Assembly: GCA_028534125.1 (NCBI GenBank)
Contig: CM052817.1
Coordinates: forward strand, 14,014,001-14,078,000
Source: Lama glama
Lineage: Eukaryota
Reading direction: 5' to 3'
DNA length: 64,000 nt
Of this stretch, positions 63,936 through 64,000 are shown one piece after another (positions within the stretch are counted from its first letter, which is position 1; the number at the start of each line of letters is the position of its first letter). The position numbers and the translations under genes are program-made. The notes below the pieces were generated by a model. It saw only the letters and a list, made by a program, of their open reading frames with translations. It searched no databases and was not told the origin of the DNA.

Positions 63936-64000
63936 TCCACAGTGACTCTTCTCTGCATTTTCATTACAATCAAATACAGCACACCCACTCACCCACTCAC

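Noticed and set aside
1..64000. Naming a host or neighbouring gene
   Set aside because: No recognisable coding exon or UTR allows an assignment; any gene symbol would be a guess.

Overview
Mammalian (eutherian) non-coding DNA: AT-rich, CpG-depleted and dense in interspersed repeats (MIR, L2, L1M-class and younger L1, MaLR/ERVL/ERV1 LTRs, hAT and Tigger MITEs), with three 500-N assembly gaps. I saw no Alu, B1, SINEC, Bov-tA/BovA2, PRE1 or ERE SINEs, and the two young L1 3' ends look like camelid L1 as I recall it. A camelid source is therefore a tentative inference. I can support no protein-coding exon of a recognisable gene; the only clearly protein-like ORFs are disrupted L1 ORF2 fragments. 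The window looks like a large intron or gene desert. Best observations: (1) a tailless retropseudogene made of the 5' half of elongator tRNA-Met(CAT), ending in the anticodon loop and flanked by a perfect 17-bp target-site duplication (2026-2097); (2) an isolated small CpG island with YY1/NRF1/GC-box/ETS promoter grammar (about 57490-57725), probably driving a minus-strand transcript; (3) a 3'-UTR-like segment with AATAAA and a decayed A-tail on the minus strand (about 55005-55345); (4) a perfect 46-bp tandem duplication (45165-45260); (5) several repeat-free homeodomain/SOX-motif-rich blocks that look like enhancers. I found no evidence for a new multi-gene biological system. Repeat family names come from recalled consensus sequences and boundaries are approximate; they need RepeatMasker/Dfam confirmation.
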